Assembly (NCBI GenBank): GCA_963728915.1
Contig: CAVSLV010000004.1
Span: 128,001-192,000 of the forward strand
Reading direction: 5' to 3'
DNA from: an uncultured Gemmatimonadales bacterium
GTDB taxonomy: Bacteria; Gemmatimonadota; Gemmatimonadetes; Gemmatimonadales; GWC2-71-9
Length of the DNA: 64,000 bases
Position 1 is the stretch's first letter. Each line of letters opens with the position of its first letter. The translations under genes and the position numbers were made by a program. This document shows positions 36,362 through 47,763 of this stretch, piece by piece. The notes beneath the pieces were generated by a model. The model did no database searches. It was not told where the DNA came from and saw nothing but the letters and a program-made list of their open reading frames with translations.

Positions 36362-38410
36362 GTGAAGATTTACGGGCCTGAGGCGATCCGGAACGTGGCC
36401 TTCGTCGGCCACGGCGCGAGTGGGAAGACGACCCTGGTAGACGCGCTCGCGTTCGTTTCCGGTTCCAGCCGGCGTCATGGGTCGATCAAGGAAGGAAGCA
36501 CCCTCACCGATACCTCCCCCGACGAAGTCGATCGCAAACACTCCATCTCGCTGAGCAGCGGCTACGCCGAGTGGATGAACACCAAGCTCAACCTGCTCGA
36601 CACTCCTGGATACCTCGATTTCTTCGGCGAAGTGGTCTGTGGCCTTTCGGTCGCCGACGGCGCGGTGGTGGTTCTCTCCGGCGTCAGTGGGGTCGAGGTA
36701 GGAACTGAGCGCGTCTGGGAGACCTGTGACCGGCTCCATCTGCCCCGGATTCTCTTCGTGTCCGGGATGGACAAGGAGCACGCGAACTTCGAGAGGGTCT
36801 TCGAGGACGTCAGGGAGCGGCTGACGCCGAAGGTCCTCCCGGTCGAGATCCCGGTCGGCGACGGAGCGCAGTTCCGGGGGATCATCAACCTCTTTTCCCA
36901 GACCTGCCAGCTCTTCAAGCCCGGGTCCAAGGCCGGTGAGTACGAGGAGACACCGGTCCCGCCGGAGTATCAGGATGCCTTTGCCAGATATAAGGAGCAG
37001 ATGACCGAAGCGGTGGCGGCGACCGACGACGCCCTGCTGGAGAAGTACCTGGGTGGCGAGGCCCTCTCCCGCGACGAGGTCGTCCCCGCCATGAAGAAAG
37101 CGATGCTGGCCGGCGAGATCGTTCCGCTGTTCTGCGGCAGCGGCGAGCTTCAGCACGGCGTGCGGGCACTCCTGACCGAGCTGGTGGAGCTGCTTCCCTC
37201 GCCGGCCGAGCTCGCGTCCCCGGTCGAGGCGCCGTTGGTGGGCCGGGTCTTCAAGACCATCTCCGAACCCCACGTGGGTGACGTCACCCTGTTTCGCCTG
37301 TATTCCGGCACCCTCAAGAACGGCGACGAGGTCTGGAATGCCGAGCACAACGTGGCCGAGAAGCTGAACCATCTCTCGGTTCAGCAGGGCAAGGAGCGGC
37401 AGGAGGTTCCCGAGCTGCACGCCGGCGACATCGGCTCGGTGGCCAAGCTCAAGGACACCCACACCAACGACACCTTCTCGAAGAAGGAAAAGCCGGTTCA
37501 TCTCGCGCCGATGGTGTTTCCCGGGACCGAGGCGACTTCCGCCGTGGTGGTGAAGCAGCGGGGCGAAGAGGACAAGCTCGCCGCCGGGCTCCACAAGCTC
37601 CACGAGGAAGACCCCACCTTTCATTTCGAGTACAATTCCGAGCTGGGGCAGACCTTGATCCACGGGATGGGAGAGCGACACTTCGAGATCCTGCTGGGCC
37701 GGCTGGTTCGCAAGTACGGGGTCCACGCCGAGCTCACCCGGCCCCGGGTTCCCTACCGCGAGACGTTCAAAGGCCTGGCGGAAGGGCAGGGCAAACACAA
37801 GAAGCAAAGCGGCGGCCGGGGCCAGTACGGCGATTGCTACATCCGGATCTCTCCGCTGGCTCGCGGGTCGGGCTACGAGTTCGTGGACAGCATCGTCGGA
37901 GGAGTGATCCCCAACAAGTTCATTCCCGCGGTGGACAAGGGCGTCCAGGAGGCTGCGGCCAAAGGGCCGGTGGCGGGGTTTCCCTGTGTGGACTTCCGTT
38001 GCGAGTGCTACTTCGGTTCCTACCACGACGTGGATTCGAGCGAGCAGGCGTTCAAGATGGCGGGGATCCTCGCATTCCGAAACGTGACCCCCAAGGCCCG
38101 CCCGGTCCTGCTCGAGCCGATCATCGCGGTCCAGGTGCGGGTCCCGTCCGACTACCTGGGCGACGTGCTGGCGGATCTCTCCCCCCGCCGTGCCCACATC
38201 CTCAACACCGAGGCGGACGGCCGTAACACGCACGTCAACGCGTTGATCCCGCAGGCCGAGCTCTACCGGTACTCGGCGGCCCTGCACTCGATCACCCATG
38301 GCCGGGGGACCCACGTCGAGAAGTTCCACGGCTACGCCGAAGTGCCCGGAGACGTGGCGGCGAAGGTGGCGGCGGAACACAAGAAGGAGACCACCGCCGA
38401 GCACGAGTGA
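36362..38410 (+). CDS. fusA: Elongation factor G paralogue (EF-G2 type)
   Basis: GHGASGKTT, DTPGY, GMGERH, KKQSGGRGQYG, SYHDVDSS; no RGITI; not in an str operon. Confidence 0.9.
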   Translation: MKIYGPEAIRNVAFVGHGASGKTTLVDALAFVSGSSRRHGSIKEGSTLTDTSPDEVDRKHSISLSSGYAEWMNTKLNLLDTPGYLDFFGEVVCGLSVADGAVVVLSGVSGVEVGTERVWETCDRLHLPRILFVSGMDKEHANFERVFEDVRERLTPKVLPVEIPVGDGAQFRGIINLFSQTCQLFKPGSKAGEYEETPVPPEYQDAFARYKEQMTEAVAATDDALLEKYLGGEALSRDEVVPAMKKAMLAGEIVPLFCGSGELQHGVRALLTELVELLPSPAELASPVEAPLVGRVFKTISEPHVGDVTLFRLYSGTLKNGDEVWNAEHNVAEKLNHLSVQQGKERQEVPELHAGDIGSVAKLKDTHTNDTFSKKEKPVHLAPMVFPGTEATSAVVVKQRGEEDKLAAGLHKLHEEDPTFHFEYNSELGQTLIHGMGERHFEILLGRLVRKYGVHAELTRPRVPYRETFKGLAEGQGKHKKQSGGRGQYGDCYIRISPLARGSGYEFVDSIVGGVIPNKFIPAVDKGVQEAAAKGPVAGFPCVDFRCECYFGSYHDVDSSEQAFKMAGILAFRNVTPKARPVLLEPIIAVQVRVPSDYLGDVLADLSPRRAHILNTEADGRNTHVNALIPQAELYRYSAALHSITHGRGTHVEKFHGYAEVPGDVAAKVAAEHKKETTAEHE

Positions 38411-38430
38411 TCCTACACGCTGGAGGGACC

Positions 38431-38949
38431 ATGAAGCTGCGATATCTGGTGGTGACCTCACTGGTGGGTGGTCTGGTCCTGTTCGCGTGGGGATTCGTGG
38501 TCCACAAGAGCGGCCTCTTCCCAGCGGCCCAACCGCACTCCTTTACCGATTCCACCCTGGTGGTGGATGCGGTTCGTGCCCAGGCCCCCGCGAACGGGGT
38601 CTACGTCGATGGGCGCGGCCTCTTCGCGGCCGTGGGGTTGGAGCGGGACTTGAGCCCCAAGTTCGCGTCGCTCGCGGTGCCGATCGCGATCCAGCTCCTC
38701 ATCGAGATCGTGGTGGCATTCCTGCTCGCCTGGCTTCTGCTCCGGTTGCCGGCCTGGTCGGTGGTCGGGACCGGGATGCTGTTCGCGAGCGTGGCGGTGG
38801 CGGCCGGCATCGCAATGCTCATGTCGGAATCCAACTGGTTTTTCTTCCCGATCAGGTACCAGCTCGCCAACATGGCCGACCTGGTGATCGGCTGGTTCCT
38901 GCTCGGGATCGTGCTGGCGTCGTTCCGGCGGAAATGGATGGCCGGGTAG
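38431..38949 (+). CDS. Hypothetical 4-TM membrane protein
   Basis: GGAGG RBS, four hydrophobic helices. Confidence 0.75.
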   Translation: MKLRYLVVTSLVGGLVLFAWGFVVHKSGLFPAAQPHSFTDSTLVVDAVRAQAPANGVYVDGRGLFAAVGLERDLSPKFASLAVPIAIQLLIEIVVAFLLAWLLLRLPAWSVVGTGMLFASVAVAAGIAMLMSESNWFFFPIRYQLANMADLVIGWFLLGIVLASFRRKWMAG

Positions 38950-38992
38950 GTGTGAGGGTGTTGTACCGCTCTCTTACAGAATGGAGACTCCA

Positions 38993-41047
38993 ATGAACCG
39001 GTTGCTGCCCGCGGTGTTCTTCCTCGCCGCGTCTACGCTTGGAGCTCAGGAGCGCTCTTCCGACACCCTGCTGAGCGTGGCCCGTTACCTCGACTACGAA
39101 ACGGTCAGCGACCCCGAGCCATCGCCCGACGGGAGTCAGGTGGTGTTCACTCGACGGTCGGTCGACAAGATGAAAGACCAGTTCGAGACCGGTCTCTGGC
39201 TCATGAACGGCGACGGCTCGAAGCTCCGGTTCCTGGTGAAGGGCTCGAACCCGGTGTGGTCGCCCGACGGAACCCGGATCGCGTATCTCGCCGAAGGGGA
39301 GCCCGGCGGGCCCCAGCTGTTCGTGCGATACATGGATGCCGAGGGTGCGATCACCCAGGTCACCAAGGTGAACCACGCGCCCGGTGGGCCCAGGTGGTCG
39401 CCCGACGGACAGTGGATCGGCTTCACGATGTTCGTGCCGAAGGAAAGCACCTGGAAGATCGACATGCCCACGCCTCCGCCAGGCGCCACCTGGACCAAGG
39501 GGCCGCGAATCGTAGACAACCTGCTATATCGGGCCGATCGCACCGGATACCTGGAGACGGGATACTCCCACGTGTTCGTGGTGCCCGCGATCGGCGGCAC
39601 CCCGCGCCAGGTGACCCGGGGGGAATGGAACGCCGGCCCTCGCGGGGGCGGAGCGGGAGGGGCCGGGTGGGACTGGATGCCGGACGGCCGCTCCCTCGTG
39701 GTGGCGGGCCTCGACTCGCCCAGCGCCGAACGTGCCTATCAGCGGTCGATGCTCTACCTCGTGGATCTGGCGAGCGGGGACAAGCGACCGATCACGTCGC
39801 GGGAGGGAGCCTGGGGGAGCCCGGTCGTCTCGCCCGATGGGAAACAGATCGCCTTCACCGGGTACCCCGCAGCCGGGCCGGTGAGTTACCACGCCGAGGA
39901 CATCTACACGATCGGGGCCGACGGGTCGGGGATGACTCTTCGGAGCGGAACGTTCGATCGCGACGTGTCTGGACTCACCTGGCTTCCCGACGGCCGGGGC
40001 GTCACCTTCACCGCGATGGATCGGGGCACCAGCAATCTCTGGAGCCTCATGCTGGGCGCTGCGCCGAAGCAGCTCACCACCGGGAGCCATCTGATCACCA
40101 ACGCTAGCATGAGCCGGAATGGGATGGTGTTCGCGGTGCGAACCGATCCGACTCACCCGCCCGATGTGGTGCGCCTGGATTCCAGGATGCCGGGGCGGAT
40201 CGACCAGCTGACCGAAGTGAATGCCGACATTCTCCAGGGAGTCCGGCTGGCCTCGGTCGAAGACTTCTGGTACAGCTCCAGCGGGGGGGCGCGAGTCGAG
40301 GGCTGGATCGTGAAGCCGCCCTCCTTCGATCCCTCGCGAAAATATCCGCTCATCCTGGAGATCCACGGCGGTCCCCACGGCGCCTACACCGCGGGGTTCA
40401 ACTACCAGTTCCAGAACTTCGCCTCGAACGGCTTCGTGGTGCTGTACACCAATCCGCGCGGCAGCACCAGTTATGGAAGCGCCTTCGGCAACGCGATCAT
40501 GCACGCCTACCCGGGCGTGGACTACGACGATCTGATGGCCGGGGTGGATACCGTGGCCGGCCGGGGCTACATCGATACCCGCCGGATGTACGTGGGCGGA
40601 TGCTCGGGCGGCGGGGTGCTCTCGAGCTGGGTGATCGGACACACCGACCGGTTCGCCGCGGCCGCGGTGCGCTGCCCGGTCATCGACTGGCTGAGCTTCG
40701 CGGGCGAGACCGACATCCCCAACTTCACCTACAACTTCTTCGAGAAGCCGTTCTGGGAAGACCCGATGCCCTGGCTCAAGCAGTCGAGCCTGATGTACGT
40801 CGGCAACGTCAAGACGCCCACCATGGTGATGACCGGCGTCCTCGATATGCGGACTCCGATGCCCCAGTCCGAGGAGTTCTACTCCGCGCTCAAGATGCGC
40901 GGGGTTCCCTCGGTGCTGCTCCGGTTCGAGGGCGAGTGGCACGGCACCGGATCCCGGCCCTCCAACTGGATGCGTACCCAGCTCTACATGATGAGCTGGT
41001 ACAACAAGTGGCCGGGTGACGGGAAGACGGTGACCAGCGAGCGATAG
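38993..41047 (+). CDS. S9 family peptidase (dipeptidyl/acylaminoacyl peptidase)
   Basis: Signal peptide, WSPDG propeller repeats, IHGGP, NPRGS, GCSGG nucleophile, D.RTP, E.HG. Confidence 0.95.
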   Translation: MNRLLPAVFFLAASTLGAQERSSDTLLSVARYLDYETVSDPEPSPDGSQVVFTRRSVDKMKDQFETGLWLMNGDGSKLRFLVKGSNPVWSPDGTRIAYLAEGEPGGPQLFVRYMDAEGAITQVTKVNHAPGGPRWSPDGQWIGFTMFVPKESTWKIDMPTPPPGATWTKGPRIVDNLLYRADRTGYLETGYSHVFVVPAIGGTPRQVTRGEWNAGPRGGGAGGAGWDWMPDGRSLVVAGLDSPSAERAYQRSMLYLVDLASGDKRPITSREGAWGSPVVSPDGKQIAFTGYPAAGPVSYHAEDIYTIGADGSGMTLRSGTFDRDVSGLTWLPDGRGVTFTAMDRGTSNLWSLMLGAAPKQLTTGSHLITNASMSRNGMVFAVRTDPTHPPDVVRLDSRMPGRIDQLTEVNADILQGVRLASVEDFWYSSSGGARVEGWIVKPPSFDPSRKYPLILEIHGGPHGAYTAGFNYQFQNFASNGFVVLYTNPRGSTSYGSAFGNAIMHAYPGVDYDDLMAGVDTVAGRGYIDTRRMYVGGCSGGGVLSSWVIGHTDRFAAAAVRCPVIDWLSFAGETDIPNFTYNFFEKPFWEDPMPWLKQSSLMYVGNVKTPTMVMTGVLDMRTPMPQSEEFYSALKMRGVPSVLLRFEGEWHGTGSRPSNWMRTQLYMMSWYNKWPGDGKTVTSER

Positions 41048-41048
41048 A

Positions 41049-41110
41049 GTAGGGGTGAGCTGTGAGGGGTGAGGCGTGAGGAGGTGCGAGGCCTCACAGC
41101 TCAGCCCTAC
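41049..41110. terminator. Inverted repeat built from GTGAG heptamers between convergent genes
   Basis: gtaggggtgagctgtgagg (41049-41067) pairs with cctcacagctcagccctac (41092-41110). Confidence 0.6.
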
Positions 41111-41111
41111 C

Positions 41112-42269
41112 TTACGGTTTCCGATACCGCAGCAGGTACTGCAAATCGTCCTCGTCGCTCCGCGAGACGTAGACCGTCCCCTTCCCGAACCCCACCACCC
41201 GGCTGTTCGGCGCCAGCACCACCTTCTTGACCAGCGCGCCGGTCCGGTCGAACACGTCGTAGGTCGGGATCTTGTCGCTGGCCGGCCGGTTTCGCAGGAC
41301 CCAGACCTCCCCATCGGGGGTTCCTAACACGCCCGCGCTGTTGAACGGGGGCATGGTCTCCTCGAATTCCGGCTCGGGGAACTGGACCTGAGGCGGCGGG
41401 GCGCCACCCCCGCCGCCTCCGAAGGTCACCACGATCGGCTTGGCCTTCTTCCGGGCCTCCCGGTACTGCTCCTTCTCCGCTTCCCCGACTTTGATGGGCG
41501 TGTACGGCTGCACCGGACCGGGACTGACCCGGGACGCCCCGTCATACCAGACGACGCGATAAGGCGCCGGCATAACCCGCGCCACCTGGCCGTCCCCGGT
41601 GACCGCCCACGCGTCCGCCGGCGCGAAGACCTTCTGACCCGCACCGAATCGCACCGACACGTTGCCCCCGCTCGGCCCGCTCCGGTTCAGGGACGCGCTG
41701 CCGGCCGGAAGCTTGTAGTAGGCGACCGTATCCAGCTTCGGACTGGTCCGGTCCCAGCGGAGCACCGGCACCGAATCGAGCTGTCCCCCGGTCTGCACCG
41801 AGAAGGGCGTGCCCTGGAGAAACAACCGGCCCCGGGCATCCACCCGGATGGTGCCGCCCAGGGTGATCCCTGCGCCCGGGCTGTTCGAGGGATTGGGAGG
41901 CAAGTCGGTAAAATCCCCCGGCTTTCCGTCCTGGCCGATGACCAGGAACCTCCGGTTGAGCAAGTCGTTGAGCAGCGTGGTCCCATCGGGAAGTCCGAGC
42001 AGCGCGCTCGGCATGGAGTATTCGCCCGGGCCCTTGCCCTCCCGACCCACCCTGGTCACGGTGCCGGCCGAAAAGTCGACCAGCTGCACCACCTTGTCGT
42101 TGATATCCGCGACCAGGACTTTCCCGTTGGGAAGCTCGCGGATCGACGTGATGTTCGTGAAACCCTCGGTCGATTCCCCGTCGGGTTTACCCAGCGGGAC
42201 CTTGGCCTGGGCGGCCAGGTTCCCGCTCACGGGAATCGCGAGGAGGCAGAGCAGAGCCACCGACTTCAT
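41112..42269 (-). CDS. Hypothetical secreted beta-propeller protein (6-bladed type)
   Basis: Signal peptide, GREGKGPGEY, DARGRLF, G.VWV, YDVFDRTG; ATG 42269 with AGGAG upstream. Confidence 0.8.
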   Translation of the reverse strand: MKSVALLCLLAIPVSGNLAAQAKVPLGKPDGESTEGFTNITSIRELPNGKVLVADINDKVVQLVDFSAGTVTRVGREGKGPGEYSMPSALLGLPDGTTLLNDLLNRRFLVIGQDGKPGDFTDLPPNPSNSPGAGITLGGTIRVDARGRLFLQGTPFSVQTGGQLDSVPVLRWDRTSPKLDTVAYYKLPAGSASLNRSGPSGGNVSVRFGAGQKVFAPADAWAVTGDGQVARVMPAPYRVVWYDGASRVSPGPVQPYTPIKVGEAEKEQYREARKKAKPIVVTFGGGGGGAPPPQVQFPEPEFEETMPPFNSAGVLGTPDGEVWVLRNRPASDKIPTYDVFDRTGALVKKVVLAPNSRVVGFGKGTVYVSRSDEDDLQYLLRYRKP

Positions 42270-44583
42270 GAGAGAGCTCCTCAAGGTGAAGACGTGTCCA
42301 GCCAAGATGCGCCGGCTGGTCAGAAGGTCGCAGGGCGGGGTCGCCAGCGGACGGGTAGAGCGAGCGGTAGTTGGCGAGGTTCCGCAGAATCCGACGAACG
42401 TAGTCCCGGGTTTCGACATACTGGATTCGCTCGATGAACACTTCGGTGTCCGTCCCGGCGCCGGGCAGTCCGGCCCAGGACTCCGCGGCGCGAGCGCCCG
42501 CGTTGTAGGCGGCCAGGGCCATGGGGAGCGAAGGATACCGCTTCAGCACCTCGGCGAGATGCATCATCCCGAACTGGAGATTGATTTCCGGCTGATGCAG
42601 GAGATCGACGTCCCATTGCCGAATGCCTTCACGACGCGCCAGACTGGCCCCCAGCGAGGGCATCACCTGCATCCACCCCCGGGCATCCGCCCGCGATCGC
42701 GCGTCCAGGTCATAGAGGGATTCCTGGCGGATCAGCGCAGCCGCGAGGAACGGATCGACGTCCGCTCGCCCGGCCTCCTCGCGCAAGGCGGGAATCGCCT
42801 CCAGCGGATAGGTCATCGACCGATCCGACGCATCGGTGACCGGCTGCGCCAGCCGGAAGGCGCGGCCCACCATTCCCCGGTCGAGGAACATCCTCGCCAG
42901 GCCCAGCCGGGTCGCCGGACTGGTTTCCCCGGCGCGGGCCAGCCGATCGTACTCGAACCGCGCCTCGACCTGGAGTCCCAGACGTTCGAGCAGGGCGGCT
43001 CGTTCGAAAGCCGGGAGCCAGGTAGTATCGGGAATGGCCTGTATCGAGCCGGTGCTCAACGGCGGAAGAGCGGAACCGAGCCGTTCGCTTGCCTGCAGGG
43101 CATAGTAGGAGGACGGGTACCGGCGCAGGATCGCTCGCCAGCGATCATTCGCGCGAGCAGTGTCACCCAGGTCCCAGAGAGCCCGGCCGCTCCAGTACAT
43201 GGCGGCGACCGTTTCTCCGTGTTCGGGCCTGCGATCGGCGAGCAGGGCGAACTGAGTCGCCGCGTCTTTTTTGTTTCCCGCGATCCAGTCCATCACCCCG
43301 ACCTGAAATCCGGCTCGGACTCCGTGCGAGGTTCGCGGGAACCGCTCCGCCACCTGCCGGAATACTTCGCGAGCGGGGACATCGTTGCCGTTGTCGACCA
43401 GCAGCTCGCCCGCCAGGAACCCCGCCATCGCGAAAGTGGCGGTGTCCTTCCGGCCCGGGGTCGTCACGAAGATCTCCCGGAGCCAGCGCATCGCGTCGCC
43501 CCGCTGGCCCAGTGCGAGAAGGGTCCGGGCGTGCTGGTAGCGAGCCTGCGCGATGAGATCTTCCGATCGGACTTCGTCGAGCTGCCGCATCGCGTCCCGG
43601 TGCCGCCCCACCCGGCCCAGGGCAATTCCGAAAGCGAGCCGGTCGCTATCGGTCAGGAGGTGGGCCGAGTCGGCTCGAGCGAATCCCGGGATGGCGCGCC
43701 GGGGGTCCACGGCGGCGATCCGGCGGGCGATGAGGAGGTCCTCCTCCGTCGTGAGAGGCTGAAATGTCTCGTCGAGCATGGTGATGGCGGCTCGCAGGTC
43801 GTCACCACCGATGCCTCCGGCGATCAAGGCCAGCAGATCGCCACGAAGGGAAGGTGGAGGACTGGTGGAATCCGCACGCAAACGCATCCGCAGCGCGAGC
43901 AGGGGAGCCTTGAGCGAGGTATACGCAATCGCTGCTCCGCGATAATCCCCGGCTCGATCTCTCGCGAGCGCGTCGGTCCAGGCGATGCGGGCGGCGGCCG
44001 CAGGAAGAGTGATGTTCCGCAGCAGGGCGGTGCGCGCCGCGGAGTCCGGCGTCACCCCCGCCGCTCGAAGCAACAGCCACTCGGCGATGGTCGGGAGCTC
44101 GGAGGCCGCCTCAAGATATCGGGCCCCCGCGCTATCGAGCTGGTCGGCGCGATCGAAGGCCCGGGCCAGCACGACGAGTCGGAAGCCACGGTTGTCGGGG
44201 GAAGCACTCAGCAATGCCAGGCGGGCATCTTCGATGGCCGGTTCGCTCTGCTCCACCCGGGCTCTGGCGAGCATGGCCCGGCCTTCGCCGCCCTTCACGG
44301 TGTCGAGCCAGGACTGATTCCCGAGCAGCTGCGTGACGGTACCCCATCCTTCCCAGCCCGCCGCCGCTCGCGCTGCGAGGAGAACAAGGTCGGGATCACG
44401 GCTCTCCCTGGCAAGCAGTGGCGCCAGGGTCCGGGTTGCCAGGAATGGCCGACGAGCCTCCAGCGCCAGGCGCGCCTCTCCCAGGACCGAGGTGTCGGCC
44501 CGGGCCTGCTGTGCCTCGGCCTGGCCAACGCAAGGCCCGCCACAGAGTCCCAGGAATCCCAGGACCCTGAGGGCGAAAACCAT
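42187..44583 (-). CDS. slt: Soluble lytic transglycosylase with TPR-like N-terminus
   Basis: IRQES, GWMQVMP, AAYNAG, FIERI.Y.ETRDYV; start estimated at MVFAL. Confidence 0.88.
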   Translation of the reverse strand: MVFALRVLGFLGLCGGPCVGQAEAQQARADTSVLGEARLALEARRPFLATRTLAPLLARESRDPDLVLLAARAAAGWEGWGTVTQLLGNQSWLDTVKGGEGRAMLARARVEQSEPAIEDARLALLSASPDNRGFRLVVLARAFDRADQLDSAGARYLEAASELPTIAEWLLLRAAGVTPDSAARTALLRNITLPAAAARIAWTDALARDRAGDYRGAAIAYTSLKAPLLALRMRLRADSTSPPPSLRGDLLALIAGGIGGDDLRAAITMLDETFQPLTTEEDLLIARRIAAVDPRRAIPGFARADSAHLLTDSDRLAFGIALGRVGRHRDAMRQLDEVRSEDLIAQARYQHARTLLALGQRGDAMRWLREIFVTTPGRKDTATFAMAGFLAGELLVDNGNDVPAREVFRQVAERFPRTSHGVRAGFQVGVMDWIAGNKKDAATQFALLADRRPEHGETVAAMYWSGRALWDLGDTARANDRWRAILRRYPSSYYALQASERLGSALPPLSTGSIQAIPDTTWLPAFERAALLERLGLQVEARFEYDRLARAGETSPATRLGLARMFLDRGMVGRAFRLAQPVTDASDRSMTYPLEAIPALREEAGRADVDPFLAAALIRQESLYDLDARSRADARGWMQVMPSLGASLARREGIRQWDVDLLHQPEINLQFGMMHLAEVLKRYPSLPMALAAYNAGARAAESWAGLPGAGTDTEVFIERIQYVETRDYVRRILRNLANYRSLYPSAGDPALRPSDQPAHLGWTRLHLEELSHEVGGSALPPRDSREREPGRPGQGPAG

Positions 44584-44645
44584 GCGATGAGGAAGAGATG
44601 CTGCTGGGACCGTCACTGTCCAAATGTAGCTACGGCCAGTGGGGG

Positions 44646-44813
44646 TTATGCCAGGTGCCGGCGGATCTCCTTGGGCAAACGCTGCAGATAGATCGTGCCT
44701 TTGTCGGCCCCGAGAGGACGAGGGTCGGTGGGTCGGACCACGCGGCCGACCATGGCGCCATGCTCGTCGATGATCTCCAGCTGTTCCTTGTTGTGTCGCT
44801 TCGCCTGCAACAT
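44646..44813 (-). CDS. Small hypothetical protein, 55 aa (below the ORF-track cutoff)
   Basis: GGAGG RBS then MLQAKRHNKEQLEIIDEHGAMVGRVVRPTDPRPLGADKGTIYLQRLPKEIRRHLA. Confidence 0.6.
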   Translation of the reverse strand: MLQAKRHNKEQLEIIDEHGAMVGRVVRPTDPRPLGADKGTIYLQRLPKEIRRHLA

Positions 44814-44897
44814 CGCTTCCTCCGGATCGAATCACATCGGTCACTTCATGAGATGCGGTTGAACCGGAAACCGTTGCAGCCTTAGATAGATTCCAGC

Positions 44898-46520
<1,623 letters not shown>

Positions 46521-46548
46521 CACCCAGGACCAAGCACCCAGTCACTAC

Positions 46549-47763
46549 TCATTCGTACCGCAGCGCTTCGATCGGATCCAGCCGCGCCGCGCGGCGAGCC
46601 GGCCAGACCCCGAAGAAGAGCCCCACCACCGCGCTGAATCCCGCCGCGAGGAGCAGCGCGCTCGCGGGCACCACCGCGCTCCAGCCATTGAGCGACGCGA
46701 GCAGGATCGCCATCCCGATCCCCAGCAGGATCCCGACCGCGCCCCCGGCGAAGCACAGCACCAGCGCTTCGACCAGGAACTGCAACAGGACCTCCCGGCG
46801 CGTCGCACCCAGCGCCATGCGCACCCCGATCTCCCGGGTCCGCTCGGTGACCGAGACCAGCATGATGTTCATGATGCCGATGCCACCCACCAGCAGGCTC
46901 ACCGCGGCGATTCCCGCGAGCAGCCAGGTGAGGGTGTCGCTCGCCTGGGCGCGCGCCGCGAGGAAGGTGGATCGATCGGTGATGCGGAAATCGTTGGGCT
47001 CGTCGGGGCGCAGCCGGTGCTCGCGCCGGAGGACTTGTTCGATTTGAAGCAAGGCCGAGGTCAGCGAGTCGGGGCGGCGGAGCTGGACCGTCATCCCGCG
47101 CAGGCGGTCGGTGCCGAAGATCCGGTACTGGCCGGTGCGGAACGGGATATAGATGCTCTGGTCGGGGTCGTCCCGGCCGGGCTGATCGCCTTTGCGCGCC
47201 AGGATCCCGACCACCTCGAAGGGGATGCCGCGAATCAGCAGGTTCGAGCCGAACAGCTTGTCGGCGGTCGACTCGAGCTGTCGCGGCACGTCGTTGCCCA
47301 GCACCGCGACCCGGCGGCGAGCCTGATCGTCTCCCGGTGTGAAGAAATGCCCGTGCTCGGGATCGAGCCGGAGCACCTGCGCGACCTCCGGCGTGGTGGC
47401 GACGATGTCCACGTTGATGTTCTGGCTGCCGGCTTTGACCTGGAGGTTCCCTCCCAGCGCCGGCACCACCGCCCGCAGGGTGGTTCCGTCCCGCCTGAGC
47501 GCCGCGGCATCATCGCTGGTGAGACTGACCCGCTGGGCGACCGCGACTCCATGAAACCAGGCCTGACCCGCGTTGATCGACAGGAGATCCGTGCCGAGCT
47601 GGTCGAGCTGGGACTGCACCGCCGCGCGCGCGCCCGAGCCCAGCGCGATCATGGTGATGACCGCCGCGACCCCGATGACGATGCCGAGCGTAGTGAGGAG
47701 CGAGCGGAGCCGGGTGGCCCGGATGCCTTCGAGGGCCACCCGGAGCACTTCGAGGTGCCTCAT
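46549..47763 (-). CDS. MacB-like ABC transporter permease
   Basis: RSLLT.LGIVIGV, GGIGIMNIMLVSVTERTREIGVRMALGA, LDPIEALRYE. Confidence 0.93.
   Translation of the reverse strand: MRHLEVLRVALEGIRATRLRSLLTTLGIVIGVAAVITMIALGSGARAAVQSQLDQLGTDLLSINAGQAWFHGVAVAQRVSLTSDDAAALRRDGTTLRAVVPALGGNLQVKAGSQNINVDIVATTPEVAQVLRLDPEHGHFFTPGDDQARRRVAVLGNDVPRQLESTADKLFGSNLLIRGIPFEVVGILARKGDQPGRDDPDQSIYIPFRTGQYRIFGTDRLRGMTVQLRRPDSLTSALLQIEQVLRREHRLRPDEPNDFRITDRSTFLAARAQASDTLTWLLAGIAAVSLLVGGIGIMNIMLVSVTERTREIGVRMALGATRREVLLQFLVEALVLCFAGGAVGILLGIGMAILLASLNGWSAVVPASALLLAAGFSAVVGLFFGVWPARRAARLDPIEALRYE

Noticed and set aside
41809..44691. 960-aa + strand ORF and other long antisense ORFs (704-2278, 7721-10147, 24659-26779, 36293-38461, 47911-49929)
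   Set aside because: They lie opposite well-supported genes and have no motifs; long shadow ORFs are expected at this GC content.
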